A stretch of 64,000 nt of DNA from the NCBI GenBank assembly GCA_964016885.1, contig OZ024740.1, forward strand, positions 427,676,001 to 427,740,000, read 5' to 3'. Below the pieces are notes generated by a model that saw only the letters and a program-made list of their open reading frames with translations, searched no databases and was not told where the DNA came from. Position numbers and translations under genes: made by a program. Positions 1-15,300 of this stretch are shown piece after piece (positions within the stretch are counted from its first letter, which is position 1; every line of letters starts with the position of its first letter). This DNA comes from Eledone cirrhosa. Taxonomy: Eukaryota.

Positions 1-3000
1 ATCTCAGTGTACCATAGTTATATAAAACTCTACCCTATCTCAGTGTTGTATAGTTATATAAAACTCTACCCTATCTCACTGTACCATAGTTATATAAAAC
101 TCTACCCTATCTCAGTGTACCATAGTTATATAAAACTCTACCCTATCTCAGTGTTGTATAGTTATATACAACTCTACCCTATCTCAGTGTACAATAGTTA
201 TATAAAACTCTACCCTATCTCAGTGTTGTATAGTTATATAAAACTCTACCCTATCTCACTGTACCATAGTTATATAAAACTCTACCCTATCTCAGTGTAC
301 CATAGTTATATAAAACTCTACCCTATCTCAGTGTTGTATAGTTATATAAAACTCTACGCTATCTCAGTATACCATAGTTATATAAAACTCTACCCTATCT
401 CACTGTACCATAGTTATATAAAACTCTACCCTATCTCACTGTACCATAGCTATATAAAACTCTACCCTATCTCAGTGTTGTATAGTTATATACAACTCTA
501 CCCTATCTCAGTGTACCATAGTTATATAAAACTCTACCCTATCTCAGTGTTGTATAGTTATATAAAACTCTACCCTATCTCAGCGTACCATAGTTATATA
601 AAACTCTACCCTATCTCACTGTACCATAGTTATATAAAACTCTACCCTATCTCACTGTACCATAGTTATATAAAACTCTACCCTATCTCAGTGTACCATA
701 GTTATATAAAACACTACCCTATCTCAGTGTTGTATAGTTATATAAAACTCTACCCTATCTCACTGTACCATAGTTATATAAAACTCTACCCTATCTCAGT
801 GTACCATAGTTATATAAAACTCTACCCTATCTCACTGTACCATAGTTATATACAACTCTACCCTATCTCAGTGTACAATAGTTATATAAAACTCTACCCT
901 ATCTCAGTGTTGTATAGTTATATAAAACTCTACCCTATCTCACTTTACCATAGTTATATAAAACTCTACCCTATCTCAGTGTACCATAGTTATATAAAAC
1001 TCTACCCTATCTCAGTGTACCATAGTTATATAAAACTCTACCATATCTCACTGTACCATAGTTATATAAAACTCTACCCTATCTCACTGTACCATAGTTA
1101 TATAAAACTCTACCCTATCTCAGTGTACCATAGTTATATAAAACTCTACCCTACCTCAGTGTACCATAGTTATATAAAACTCTACCCTATCTCACTGTAC
1201 CATAGTTATATAAAACTCTACACTATCTCAGTGTTGTATAGTTACATAAAACTCTACCCTATCTCACTGTACCATAGTTATATAAAACTCTACCCTATCT
1301 CAGTGTACCATAGTTATATAAAACTCTACCCTATCTCACTGTACCATAGTTATATAAAACTCTACCCTATCTCAGTGTACCATAGTTATATAAAACTCTA
1401 CCCTATCTCACTGTACCATAGTTATATAAAACTCTACCCTATCTCAGTGCACCATAGTTATAGAAAACTCTACCCTATCTCAGTGTACCATAGTTATATA
1501 AAACTCTACCCTATCTCAGTGTACCATAGTTATATAAAACTCTACCCTATCTCAGTTTTGTATAGTTATATAAAACTCTACCCTATCTCACTGTACCATA
1601 GTTATATAAAACTCTACCCTATCTCACTGTACCATAGTTGTATAAAACTCTACCCTATCTCACTGTACCATAGTTATATAAAACTCTACCCTATCTCACT
1701 GTACCATAGTTATATAAAACTCTACCCTATCTCACTGTACCATAGTTATATAAAACTCTACCCTATCTCACTGTACCATAGTTATATAAAACTCTACCCT
1801 ATCTCAGTGCACCATAGTTATATAAAACTCTACCCTATCTCAGTGTACCATAGTTATATAAAGCTCTACCCTATCTCAGTGTACCATAGTTATATAAAAC
1901 TCTACCCTATCTCACTGTACCATAGTTATATAAAACTCTACCCTATCTCACTGTACCATAGTTATATAAAACTCTACCCTATCTCAGTGTACCATAGTTA
2001 TATAAAACTCTACCCTATCTCACTGTACCATAGTTATATAAATCTCTACCCTATCTCACTGTACCATAGTTATATAAAACTCTACCCTATCGCAGTGTAC
2101 CATAGTTATATAAAACTCTACCCTATCTCACTGTACCATAGTTGTATAAAACTCTACCCTATCTCACTGTACCATAGTTATATAAAACTCTACCCTATCT
2201 CACTGTACCATAGTTATATAAATCTCTACCCTATCTCACTGTACCATAGTTATATAAAACTCTACCCTATCTCAGTGTACCATAGTTATATAAACCTCTA
2301 CCCTATCTCACTGTACCATAGTTATATAAAACTTTACACTATCTCACTGTACCATAGTTATATAAAACTCTACACTATCTCAGTGTACCATAGTTATATA
2401 AAACTCTACCCTATCTCAGTGCACCATAGTTATATAAAACTCTACCCTATCTCAGTGTACCATAGTTATATAAAACTCTACACTATCTCAGTGTACCATA
2501 GTTATATAAAACTCTACCCTATCTCAGTGTACCATAGTTATATAAACCTCTACCCTATCTCACTGTACCATAGTTATATAAAACTCTACAGTATCTCACT
2601 GTACCTTAGTTATATAAAACTCTACACTATCTCAGTGTACCATAGTTATATAAAACTCTACCCTATCTCAGTGCACCATAGTTATATAAAACTCTACCCT
2701 ATCTCAGTGTACCATAGTTATATAAAACTCTACCCTATCTCAGTGTACCATAGTTATATAAAACTCTACCCTATCTCACTGTACCATAGTTATATAAAAC
2801 TCTACCCTATCTCAGTGTACCATAGTTATATAAAACTCTACCCTATCTCACTGTACCATAGTTATATAAATCTCTACCCTATCTCACTGTACCATAGTTA
2901 TATAAAACTCTACCCTATCTCAGTGTACCATAGTTATATAAAACTCTACCCTATCTCACTGTACCATAGTTGTATAAAACTCTACCCTATCTCACTCTAC

Positions 3001-6000
3001 CATACTTATATAAAACTCTACCCTATCTCACTGTACCATAGTTATATAAAACTCTACCATATCTCACTGTACCGTAGTTATATAAAACTCTACCCTATCT
3101 CACTGTACCATAGTTATATAAAACTCTACCCTATCTCACTGTACCATAGTTATATAAAACTCTACCCTATCTCAGTGTTGTATAGGTATATAAAACTCTA
3201 CCCTATCTCACTTTACCATAGTTATATAAACTCTACCCTGTCTCAGTGTACCATAGTTATATAAAACTCTACCCTATCTCACTGTACCATAGTTATATAA
3301 AACTCTACCCTATCTCACTGTACCATAGTTATATAAAACTCTACACTATCTCACTGTACCATAGTTATATAAAACTCTACCCTATCTCAGTGTTGTATAG
3401 TTATATAAAACTCTACCCTATCTCACTGTACCATAGTTATATAAAACTCTACCCTATCTCAGTGTACCATAGTTATATAAAACTCTACCCTATCTCACTG
3501 TACCATAGTTATATAAAACTCTACCCTATCTCAGTGTACCATAGTTATATAAAACTCTACCCTATCTCACTGTACCATAGTTATATAAAACTCTACCCTA
3601 TCTCAGTGCACCATAGTTATAGAAAACTCTACCCTATCTCAGTGTACCATAGTTATATAAAACTCTACCCTATCTCAGTGTACCATAGTTATATAAAACT
3701 CTACCCTCTCTCAGTTTTGTATAGTTATATAAAACTCTACCCTATCTCACTGTACCATAGTTATATAAAACTCTACCCTATCTCACTGTACCATAGTTGT
3801 ATAAAACTCTACCCTATCTCACTGTACCATAGTTATATAAAACTCTACCCTATCTCACTGTACCATAGTTATATAAAACTCTACCCTATCTCACTGTACC
3901 ATAGTTATATAAAACTCTACCCTATCTCACTGTACCATAGTTATATAAAACTCTACCCTATCTCAGTGCACCATAGTTATATAAAACTCTACCCTATCTC
4001 AGTGTACCATAGTTATATAAAGCTCTACCCTATCTCAGTGTACCATAGTTATATAAAACTCTACCCTATCTCACTGTACCATAGTTATATAAAACTCTAC
4101 CCTATCTCACTGTACCATAGTTATATAAAACTCTACCCTATCTCAGTGTACCATAGTTATATAAAACTCTACCCTATCTCACTGTACCATAGTTATATAA
4201 AACACTACCCTATCTCACTGTACCATAGTTATATAAAACTCTACACTATCTCACTGTACCATAGTTATATAAAACTCTACCCTATCTCAGTGTTGTATAG
4301 TTATATAAAACTCTACCCTATCTCACTTTACCATAGTTATATAAACTCTACCCTATCTCAGTGTACCATTGTTATATAAAACTCTACCCTATCTCACTGT
4401 ACCATAGTTATATAAAACTCTACCCTATCTCAGTGTACCATAGTTATATAAAACTCTACCCTATCTCAGTGTACCATAGTTATATAAAACTCTACCCTAT
4501 CTCAGTGTACTATAGTTATATAAAACTCTACCCTATCTCAGGGTACTATAGTTATATAAAACTCTACCCTATCTCACTGTACCATAGTTATATAAAACTC
4601 TACCCTATCTCAGTGTACCATAGTTATATAAAACTCTACCCTATCTCAGTGTACTATAGTTATATAAAACTCTACCCTATCTCACTGTACCATAGTTATA
4701 TAAAACTCTACCCTATCTCAGTGTACCATAGTTATATAAAACTCTACCCTATCTCAGTGTACCATAGTTATATAAAACTCTACCCTATCTCAGTGTTGTA
4801 TAGTTATATAAAACTCTACCCTATCTCAGTTTACCATAGTTATATAAAACTCTACCCTATCTCACTGTACCATAGCTATATAAAACTCTACCCTATCTCA
4901 GTGTTGTATAGTTATATACAACTCTACCCTATCTCAGTGTACCATAGTTATATAAAACTCTACCCTATCTCAGTGTTGTATAGTTATATAAAACTCTACC
5001 CTATCTCAGTGTACCATAGTTATATAAAACTCTACCCTATCTCACTGTACCATAGTTATATAAGACTCTACCATATCTCACTGTACCATAGTTATATAAA
5101 ACTCTACCCTATCTCAGTGTACCATAGTTATATAAAACTCTACCCTATCTCAGTGTACCATAGTTATATAAAACTCTACCCTATCTCAGTGTTGTATAGT
5201 TATATAAAACTCTACCCTATCTCAGTTTACCATAGTTATATAAAACTCTACCCTATCTCACTGTACCATAGTTATATAAAACTCTACCCTATCTCAGTGT
5301 ACCATAGTTATATAAAACTCTACCCTATCTCAGTGTTGTATAGTTATATAAAACTCTACCCTATCTCAGTTTACCATAGTTATATAAAACTCTACCCTAT
5401 CTCACTGTACCATAGTTATATAAAACTCTACCCTATCTCAGTGTACCATAGTTATATAAAACTCTACCCTATCTCAGTGTTGTATAGTTATATAAAACTC
5501 TACCCTATCTCACTGTACCATAGCTATATAAAACTCTACCCTATCTCAGTGTTGTATAGTTATATACAACTCTACCCTATCTCAGTGTACCATAGTTATA
5601 TAAAACTCTACCCTATCTCAGTGTTGTATAGTTATATAAAACTCTACCCTATCTCAGTGTACCATAGTTATATAAAACTCTACCCTATCTCACTGTACCA
5701 TAGGTATATAAAACTCTACCCTATCTCACTGTACCATAGTTATATAAAACTCTACCCTATCTCAGTGTACCATAGTTATATAAAACTCTACCCTATCTCA
5801 GTGTACCATAGTTATATAAAACTCTACCCTATCTCAGTGTTGTATAGTTATATAAAACTCTACCCTATCTCACTGTACCATAGTTATATAAAACTCTACC
5901 CTATCTCAGTGTACCATAGTTATATAAAACTCTACCCTATCTCACTGTACCATAGTTATATACAACTCTACCCTATCTCAGTGTACAATAGTTATATAAA

Positions 6001-6049
6001 ACTCTACCCTATCTCAGTGTTGTATAGTTATATAAAACTCTACCCTATC

Positions 6050-9000
6050 TCACTGTACCATAGTTATATAAAACTCTACCCTATCTCAGTGTACCATAGT
6101 TATATAAAACTCTACCCTATCTCAGTGTACCATAGTTATATAAAACTCTACCCTATCTCAGTGTACCATAGTTATATAAAACTCTACCCTATCTCAGTGT
6201 TGTATAGTTATATAAAACTCTACCCTATCTCACTGTACCATAGTTATATAAAACTCTACCCTATCTCACTGTACCATAGTTATATAAAACTCTACCCTAT
6301 CTCAGTGTACCATAGTTATATAAAACTCTACCCTATCTCACTGTACCATAGTTATATAAAACTCTACCCTATCTCAGTGCACCATAGTTATAGAAAACTA
6401 TACCATATCTCAGTGTACCATAGTTATATAAAACTCTACCCTATCTCAGTGTACCATAGATATATAAAACTCTACCCTATCTCAGTTTTGTATAGTTATA
6501 TAAAACTCTACCCTATCTCACTGTACCATAGTTATATAAAACTCTACCCTATCTCACTGTACCATAGTTGTATAAAACTCTACCCTATCTCACTGTACCA
6601 TAGTTATATAAAACTCTACCCTATCTCACTGTACCATAGTTATATAAATTCTACACTATCTCAGTGTACCATAGTTATATAAAACTCTACCCTATCTCAG
6701 TGTACCATAGTTATATAAACCTCTACCCTATCTCACTGTACCATAGTTATATAAAACTCTACCCTATCTCACTGTACCATAGTTATATAAAACTCTACCC
6801 TATCTCACTGTACCATAGTTATATAAAACTCTACCCTATCTCAGTGCACCATAGTTATATAAAACTCTACCCTATCTCAGTGTACCATAGTTATATAAAG
6901 CTCTACCCTATCTCAGTGTACCATAGTTATATAAAACTCTACCCTATCTCACTGTACCATAGTTATATAAAACTCTACCCTATCTCACTGTACCATAGTT
7001 ATATAAAACTCTACCCTATCTCAGTGTACCATAGTTATATAAAACTCTACCCTATCTCACTGTACCATAGTTATATAAATCTCTACCCTATCTCACTGTA
7101 CCATATTTATATAAAACTCTACCCTATCTCAGTGTACCATAGTTATATAAAACTCTACCCTATCTCACTGTACCATAGTTGTATAAAACTCTACCCTATC
7201 TCACTTTACCATAGTTATATAAAACTCTACCCTATCTCACTGTACCATAGTTATATAAATCTCTACCCTATCTCACTGTACCATAGTTATATAAAACTCT
7301 ACACTATCTCAGTGTACCATAGTTATATAAAACTCTACCCTATCTCAGTGTACCATAGTTATAAAAACCTCTACCCTATCTCACTGTACCATAGTTATAT
7401 AAAACTCTACACTATCTCACTGTACCATAGTTATATAAAACTCTACACTATCTCAGTGTACCATAGTTATATAAAACTCTACCCTATCTCAGTGCACCAT
7501 AGTTATATAAAACTTTACCCTATCTCACTGTACCATAGTTATATAAAACTCTACACTATCTCAGTGTACCATAGTTATATAAAACTCTACCCTATCTCAG
7601 TGCACCATAGTTATATAAAACTCTACCCTATCTCAGTGTACCATAGTTATATAAAACTCTACCCTATCTCAGTGTACCATAGTTACATAAAACTCTACCC
7701 TATCTCAGTGTTGTATAGTTATATAAAACTCTACCCTATCTCAGTGTACCATAGTTATATAAAACTCTACCCTATCTCACTGTACCATAGTTATATAAAA
7801 CTCTACCCTATCTCACTGTACCATAGTTATATAAAACTCTACCCTATCTCAGTGTACCATAGTTATATAAAACTCTACCCTATCTCAGTGTACCATAGTT
7901 ATATAAAACTCTACCCTATCTCAGTGTTGTATAGTTATATAAAACTCTACCCTATCTCACTGTACCATAGTTATATAAAACTCTACCCTATCTCAGTGTA
8001 CCATAGTTATATAAAACTCTACCCTATCTCACTGTACCATAGTTATATAAAACTCTACCCTATCTCAGTGTACCATAGTTATATAAAACTCTACCCTATC
8101 TCACTGTACCATAGTTATATAAAACTCTACCCTATCTCAGTGTACCATAGTTATATAAAACTCTACCCTATCTCACTGTACCATAGTTATATAAAACTCT
8201 ACCCTATCTCAGTGCACCATAGTTATAGAAAACTATACCATATCTCAGTGTACCATAGTTATATAAAACTCTACCCTATCTCAGTGTACCATAGATATAT
8301 AAAACTCTACCCTATCTCAGTTTTGTATAGTTATATAAAACTCTACCCTATCTCACTGTACCATAGTTATATAAAACTCTACCCTATCTCACTGTACCAT
8401 AGTTGTATAAAACTCTACCCTATCTCACTGTACCATAGTTATATAAAACTCTACCCTATCTCACTGTACCATAGTTATATAAAACTCTACACTATCTCAG
8501 TGTACCATAGTTATATAAAACTCTACCCTATCTCAGTGTACCATAGTTATATAAACCTCTACCCTATCTCACTGTACCATAGTTATATAAAACTCTACAC
8601 TATCTCACTGTACCATAGTTATATAAAACTCTACCCTATCTCACTGTACCATAGTTATATAAAACTCTACCCTATCTCACTGTACCATAGTTATATAAAA
8701 CTCTACCCTATCTCAGTGCACCATAGTTATATAAAACTCTACCCTATCTCAGTGTACCATAGTTATATAAAGCTCTACCCTATCTCAGTGTACCATAGTT
8801 ATATAAAACTCTACCCTATCTCACTGTACCATAGTTATATAAAACTCTACCCTATCTCACTGTACCATAGTTATATAAAACTCTACCCTATCTCAGTGTA
8901 CCATAGTTATATAAAACTCTACCCTATCTCACTGTACCATAGTTATATAAATCTCTACCCTATCTCACTGTACCATATTTATATAAAACTCTACCCTATC

Positions 9001-9800
9001 TCAGTGTACCATAGTTATATAAAACTCTACCCTATCTCACTGTACCATAGTTGTATAAAACTCTACCCTATCTCACTTTACCATAGTTATATAAAACTCT
9101 ACCCTATCTCACTGTACCATAGTTATATAAATCTCTACCCTATCTCACTGTACCATAGTTATATAAAACTCTACACTATCTCAGTGTACCATAGTTATAT
9201 AAAACTCTACCCTATCTCAGTGTACCATAGTTATAAAAACCTCTACCCTATCTCACTGTACCATAGTTATATAAAACTCTACACTATCTCACTGTACCAT
9301 AGTTATATAAAACTCTACACTATCTCAGTGTACCATAGTTATATAAAACTCTACCCTATCTCAGTGCACCATAGTTATATAAAACTTTACCCTATCTCAC
9401 TGTACCATAGTTATATAAAACTCTACACTATCTCAGTGTACCATAGTTATATAAAACTCTACCCTATCTCAGTGCACCATAGTTATATAAAACTCTACCC
9501 TATCTCAGTGTACCATAGTTATATAAAACTCTACCCTATCTCAGTGTACCATAGTTACATAAAACTCCACCCTATCTCAGTGTTGTATAGTTATATAAAA
9601 CTCTACCCTATCTCAGTGTACCATAGTTATATAAAACTCTACCCTATCTCACTGTACCATAGTTATATAAAACTCTACCCTATCTCACTGTACCATAGTT
9701 ATATAAAACTCTACCCTATCTCAGTGTACCATAGTTATATAAAACTCTACCCTATCTCAGTGTACCATAGTTATATAAAACTCTACCCTATCTCAGTGTT
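6050..9800. repeat. Higher-order tandem duplication of about 51-52 monomers (~1.85 kb x2); boundaries approximate
   Basis: Rare variants recur at matching offsets. AGAAAACTATACCAT is at ~6400 and ~8235 (1835 = 51x36-1). TATAAAAACCTC is at ~7363 and ~9235 (1872 = 52x36). Confidence 0.8.
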
Positions 9801-12330
9801 GTATAGTTATATAAAACTCTACCCTATCTCACTGTACCATAGTTATATAAAACTCTACCCTATCTCAGTGTACCATAGTTATATAAAACTCTACCCTATC
9901 TCACTGTACCATAGTTATATACAACTCTACTCTATCTCAGTGTACAATAGTTATATAAAACTCTACCCTATCTCAGTGTTGTATAGTTATATAAAACTCT
10001 ACCCTATCTCACTGTACCATAGTTATATAAAACTCTACCCTATCTCAGTGTACCATAGTTATATAAAACTCTACCCTATCTCAGTGTACCATAGTTATAT
10101 AAAACTCTACCATATCTCAGTGTACCATAGTTATATAAAACTCTACCCTATCTCAGTGTTGTATAGTTACATAAAACTCTACCCTATCTCACTGTACCAT
10201 AGTTATATAAAACTCTACCCTATCTCAGTGTACCATAGTTATATAAAACTCTACCCTATCTCACTGTACCATAGTTATATAAAACTCTACCCTATCTCAG
10301 TGTACCATAGTTATATAAAACTCTACCCTATCTCACTGTACCATAGTTATATAAAACTCTACCCTATCTCAGTGCACCATAGTTATAGAAAACTCTACCC
10401 TATCTCAGTGTACCATAGTTATATAAAACTCTACCCTATCTCAGTGTACCATAGTTATATAAAACTCTACCCTATCTCAGTTTTGTATAGTTATATAAAA
10501 CTCTACCCTATCTCACTGTACCATAGTTATATAAAACTCTACCCTATCTCACTGTACCATAGTTGTATAAAACTCTACCCTATCTCACTGTACCATAGTT
10601 ATATAAAACTCTACCCTATCTCACTGTACCATAGTTATATAAAACTCTACCCTATCTCACTGTACCATAGTTATATAAAACTCTACCCTATCTCACTGTA
10701 CCATAGTTATATAAAACTCTACCCTATCTCAGTGCACCATAGTTATATAAAACTCTACCCTATCTCAGTGTACCATAGTTATATAAAGCTCTACCCTATC
10801 TCAGTGTACCATAGTTATATAAAACTCTACCCTATCTCACTGTACCATAGTTATATAAAACTCTACCCTATCTCACTGTACCATAGTTATATAAAACTCT
10901 ACCCTATCTCAGTGTACCATAGTTATATAAAACTCTACCCTATCTCACTGTACCATAGTTATATAAATCTCTACCCTATCTCACTGTACCATAGTTATAT
11001 AAAACTCTACCCTATCGCAGTGTACCATAGTTATATAAAACTCTACCCTATCTCACTGTACCATAGTTGTATAAAACTCTACCCTATCTCACTGTACCAT
11101 AGTTATATAAAACTCTACCCTATCTCACTGTACCATAGTTATATAAATCTCTACCCTATCTCACTGTACCATAGTTATATAAAACTCTACACTATCTCAG
11201 TGTACCATAGTTATATAAAACTCTACCCTATCTCAGTGTACCATAGTTATATAAACCTCTACCCTATCTCACTGTACCATAGTTATATAAAACTCTACAC
11301 TATCTCACTGTACCATAGTTATATAAAACTCTACACTATCTCAGTGTACCATAGTTATATAAAACTCTACCCTATCTCAGTGCACCATAGTTATATAAAA
11401 CTCTACCCTATCTCAGTGTACCATAGTTATATAAAACTCTACACTATCTCAGTGTACCATAGTTATATAAAACTCTACCCTATCTCAGTGTACCATAGTT
11501 ATATAAACCTCTACCCTATCTCACTGTACCATAGTTATATAAAACTCTACACTATCTCACTGTACCATAGTTATATAAAACTCTACACTATCTCAGTGTA
11601 CCATAGTTATATAAAACTCTACCCTATCTCAGTGCACCATAGTTATATAAAACTCTACCCTATCTCAGTGTACCATAGTTATATAAAACTCTACCCTATC
11701 TCAGTGTACCATAGTTATATAAAACTCTACCCTATCTCACTGTACCATAGTTATATAAAGCTCTACCCTATCTCACTGTACCATAGTTATATAAAACTCT
11801 ACCCTATCTCAGTGTACCATAGTTATATAAAACTCTACCCTATCTCACTGTACCATAGTTATATAAATCTCTACCCTATCTCACTGTACCATAGTTATAT
11901 AAAACTCTACCCTATCTCAGTGTTGTATAGGTATATAAAACTCTACCCTATCTCACTTTACCATAGTTATATAAACTCTACCCTATCTCAGTGTACCATA
12001 GTTATATAAAACTCTACCCTATCTCACTGTACCATAGTTATATAAAACTCTACCCTATCTCACTGTACCATAGTTATGTAAAACTCTACACTATCTCACT
12101 GTACCATAGTTATATAAAACTCTACCCTATCTCAGTGTTGTATAGTTATATAAAACTCTACCCTATCTCACTTTACCATAGTTATATAAAACTCTACCCT
12201 CTCTCAGTGTTGTATAGTTATATAAAACTCTACCCTATCCTCACTGTACCATAGTTATATAAAACTCTACCCTATCTCACTGTACCATAGTTATATAAAA
12301 CTCTACCCTATCTCACTGTACCATAGTTAT

Positions 12331-15300
12331 ATGAAACTCTACCCTATCTCAGTGCACCATAGTTATATAAAACTCTACCCTATCTCAGTGTACCATAGTT
12401 ATATAAAGCTCTACCCTATCTCAGTGTACCATAGTTATATAAAACTCTACCCTATCTCACTGTACCATAGTTATATAAATCTCTACCCTATCTCACTGTA
12501 CCATAGTTATATAAAACTCTACCCTATCGCAGTGTACCATAGTTATATAAAACTCTACCCTATCTCACTGTACCATAGTTGTATAAAACTCTACCCTATC
12601 TCACTGTACCATAGTTATATAAAACTCTACCCTATCTCACTGTACCATAGTTATATAAATCTCTACCCTATCTCACTGTACCATAGTTATATAAAACTCT
12701 ACACTATCTCAGTGTACCATAGTTATATAAAACTCTACCCTATCTCAGTGTACCATAGTTATATAAACCTCTACCCTATCTCACTGTACCATAGTTATAT
12801 AAAACTCTACACTATCTCACTGTACCATAGTTATATAAAACTCTACACTATCTCAGTGTACCATAGTTATATAAAACTCTACCCTATCTCAGTGCACCAT
12901 AGTTATATAAAACTCTACCCTATCTCAGTGTACCATAGTTATATAAAACTCTACACTATCTCAGTGTACCATAGTTATATAAAACTCTACCCTATCTCAG
13001 TGTACCATAGTTATATAAACCTCTACCCTATCTCACTGTACCATAGTTATATAAAACTCTACACTATCTCACTGTACCATAGTTATATAAAACTCTACAC
13101 TATCTCAGTGTACCATAGTTATATAAAACTCTACCCTATCTCAGTGCACCATAGTTATATAAAACTCTACCCTATCTCAGTGTACCATAGTTATATAAAA
13201 CTCTACCCTATCTCAGTGTACCATAGTTATATAAAACTCTACCCTATCTCACTGTACCATAGTTATATAAAACTCTACCCTATCTCACTGTACCATAGTT
13301 ATATAAAACTCTACCCTATCTCAGTGTACCATAGTTATATAAAACTCTACCCTATCTCACTGTACCATAGTTATATAAATCTCTACCCTATCTCACTGTA
13401 CCATAGTTATATAAAACTCTACCCTATCTCAGTGTACCATAGTTATATAAAACACTACCCTATCTCACTGTACCATAGTTGTATAAAGCTCTACCCTATC
13501 TCACTCTACCATAGTTATATAAAACTCTACCCTATCTCACTGTACCATAGTTATATAAAACTCTACCATATCTCACTGTACCATAGTTATATAAAACTCT
13601 ACCCTATCTCACTGTACCATAGTTATATAAAACTCTACCCTATCTCACTGTACCATAGTTATATAAAACTCTACCCTATCTCAGTGCACCATAGTTATAT
13701 AAAACTCTACACTATCTCAGTGTACCATAGTTATATAAAACTCTACCCTATCTCAGTGTACCATAGTTATATAAACCTCTACCGTATCTCACTGTACCAT
13801 AGTTATATAAAACTCTACACTATCTCACTGTACCATAGTTATATAAAACTCTACACTATCTCAGTGTACCATAGTTATATAAAACTCTACCCTATCTCAG
13901 TGCACCATAGTTATATAAAACTCTACCCTATCTCAGTGTACCATAGTTATATAAAACTCTACCCTATCTCAGTGTACCATAGTTATATAAAACTCTACCC
14001 TATCTCACTGTACCATAGTTATATAAAACTCTACCCTATCTCACTGTACCATAGTTATATAAAACTCTACCCTATCTCACTCTACCATAGTTATATAAAA
14101 CTCTACCCTATCTCACTGTACCATAGTTATATAAAACTCTACCCTATCTCAGTGTACCATAGTTATATAAAACTCTACCCTATCTCACTGTACCATAGTT
14201 ATATAAATCTCTACCCTATCTCACTGTACCATAGTTATATAAAACTCTACCCTATCTCAGTGTACCATAGTTATATAAAACACTACCCTATCTCACTGTA
14301 CCATAGTTGTATAAAGCTCTACCCTATCTCACTCTACCATAGTTATATAAAACTCTACCCTATCTCACTGTACCATAGTTATATAAAACTCTACCATATC
14401 TCACTGTACCATAGTTATATAAAACTCTACCCTATCTCACTGTACCATAGTTATATAAAACTCTACCCTATCTCACTGTACCATAGTTATATAAAACTCT
14501 ACCCTATCTCAGTGCACCATAGTTATATAAAACTCTACACTATCTCAGTGTACCATAGTTATATAAAACTCTACCCTATCTCAGTGTACCATAGTTATAT
14601 AAACCTCTACCGTATCTCACTGTACCATAGTTATATAAAACTCTACACTATCTCACTGTACCATAGTTATATAAAACTCTACCTTATCTCAGTGTACCAT
14701 AGTTATATAAAACTCTACCCTATCTCACTGTACCATAGTTATATAAAACTCTACCCTATCTCACTGTACCATAGTTATATAAAACTCTACACTATCTCAC
14801 TGTACCATAGTTATATAAAACTCTACCCTATCTCAGTGTTGTATAGTTATATAAAACTCTACCCTATCTCACTTTACCATAGTTATATAAAACTCTACCC
14901 TCTCTCAGTGTTGTATAGTTATATAAAACTCTACCCTATCTCATTGTACCATAGTTATATAAAACTCTACCCTATCTCACTGTACCATAGTTATATAAAA
15001 CTCTACCCTATCTCACTGTACCATAGTTATATGAAACTCTACCCTATCTCAGTGCACCATAGTTATATAAAACTCTACCCTATCTCAGTGTACCATAGTT
15101 ATATAAAGCTCTACCCTATCTCAGTGTACCATAGTTATATAAAACTCTACTCTATCTCAGTGTACCATAGTTATATGAAACTCTACCCTATCTCAGTGCA
15201 CCATAGTTATATAAAACTCTACCCTATCTCAGTGTACCATAGTTATATAAAGCTCTACCCTATCTCAGTGTACCATAGTTATATAAAACTCTACCCTATC

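Noticed and set aside
30-55. Resemblance of CCCTATCTCAGTG to the tet operator (synthetic tetO array)
   Set aside because: There is a 2-nt insertion relative to tetO and the second half-site (ATAGAGA) is missing. The natural-looking variant hierarchy and transposon-bearing flank argue against a construct.
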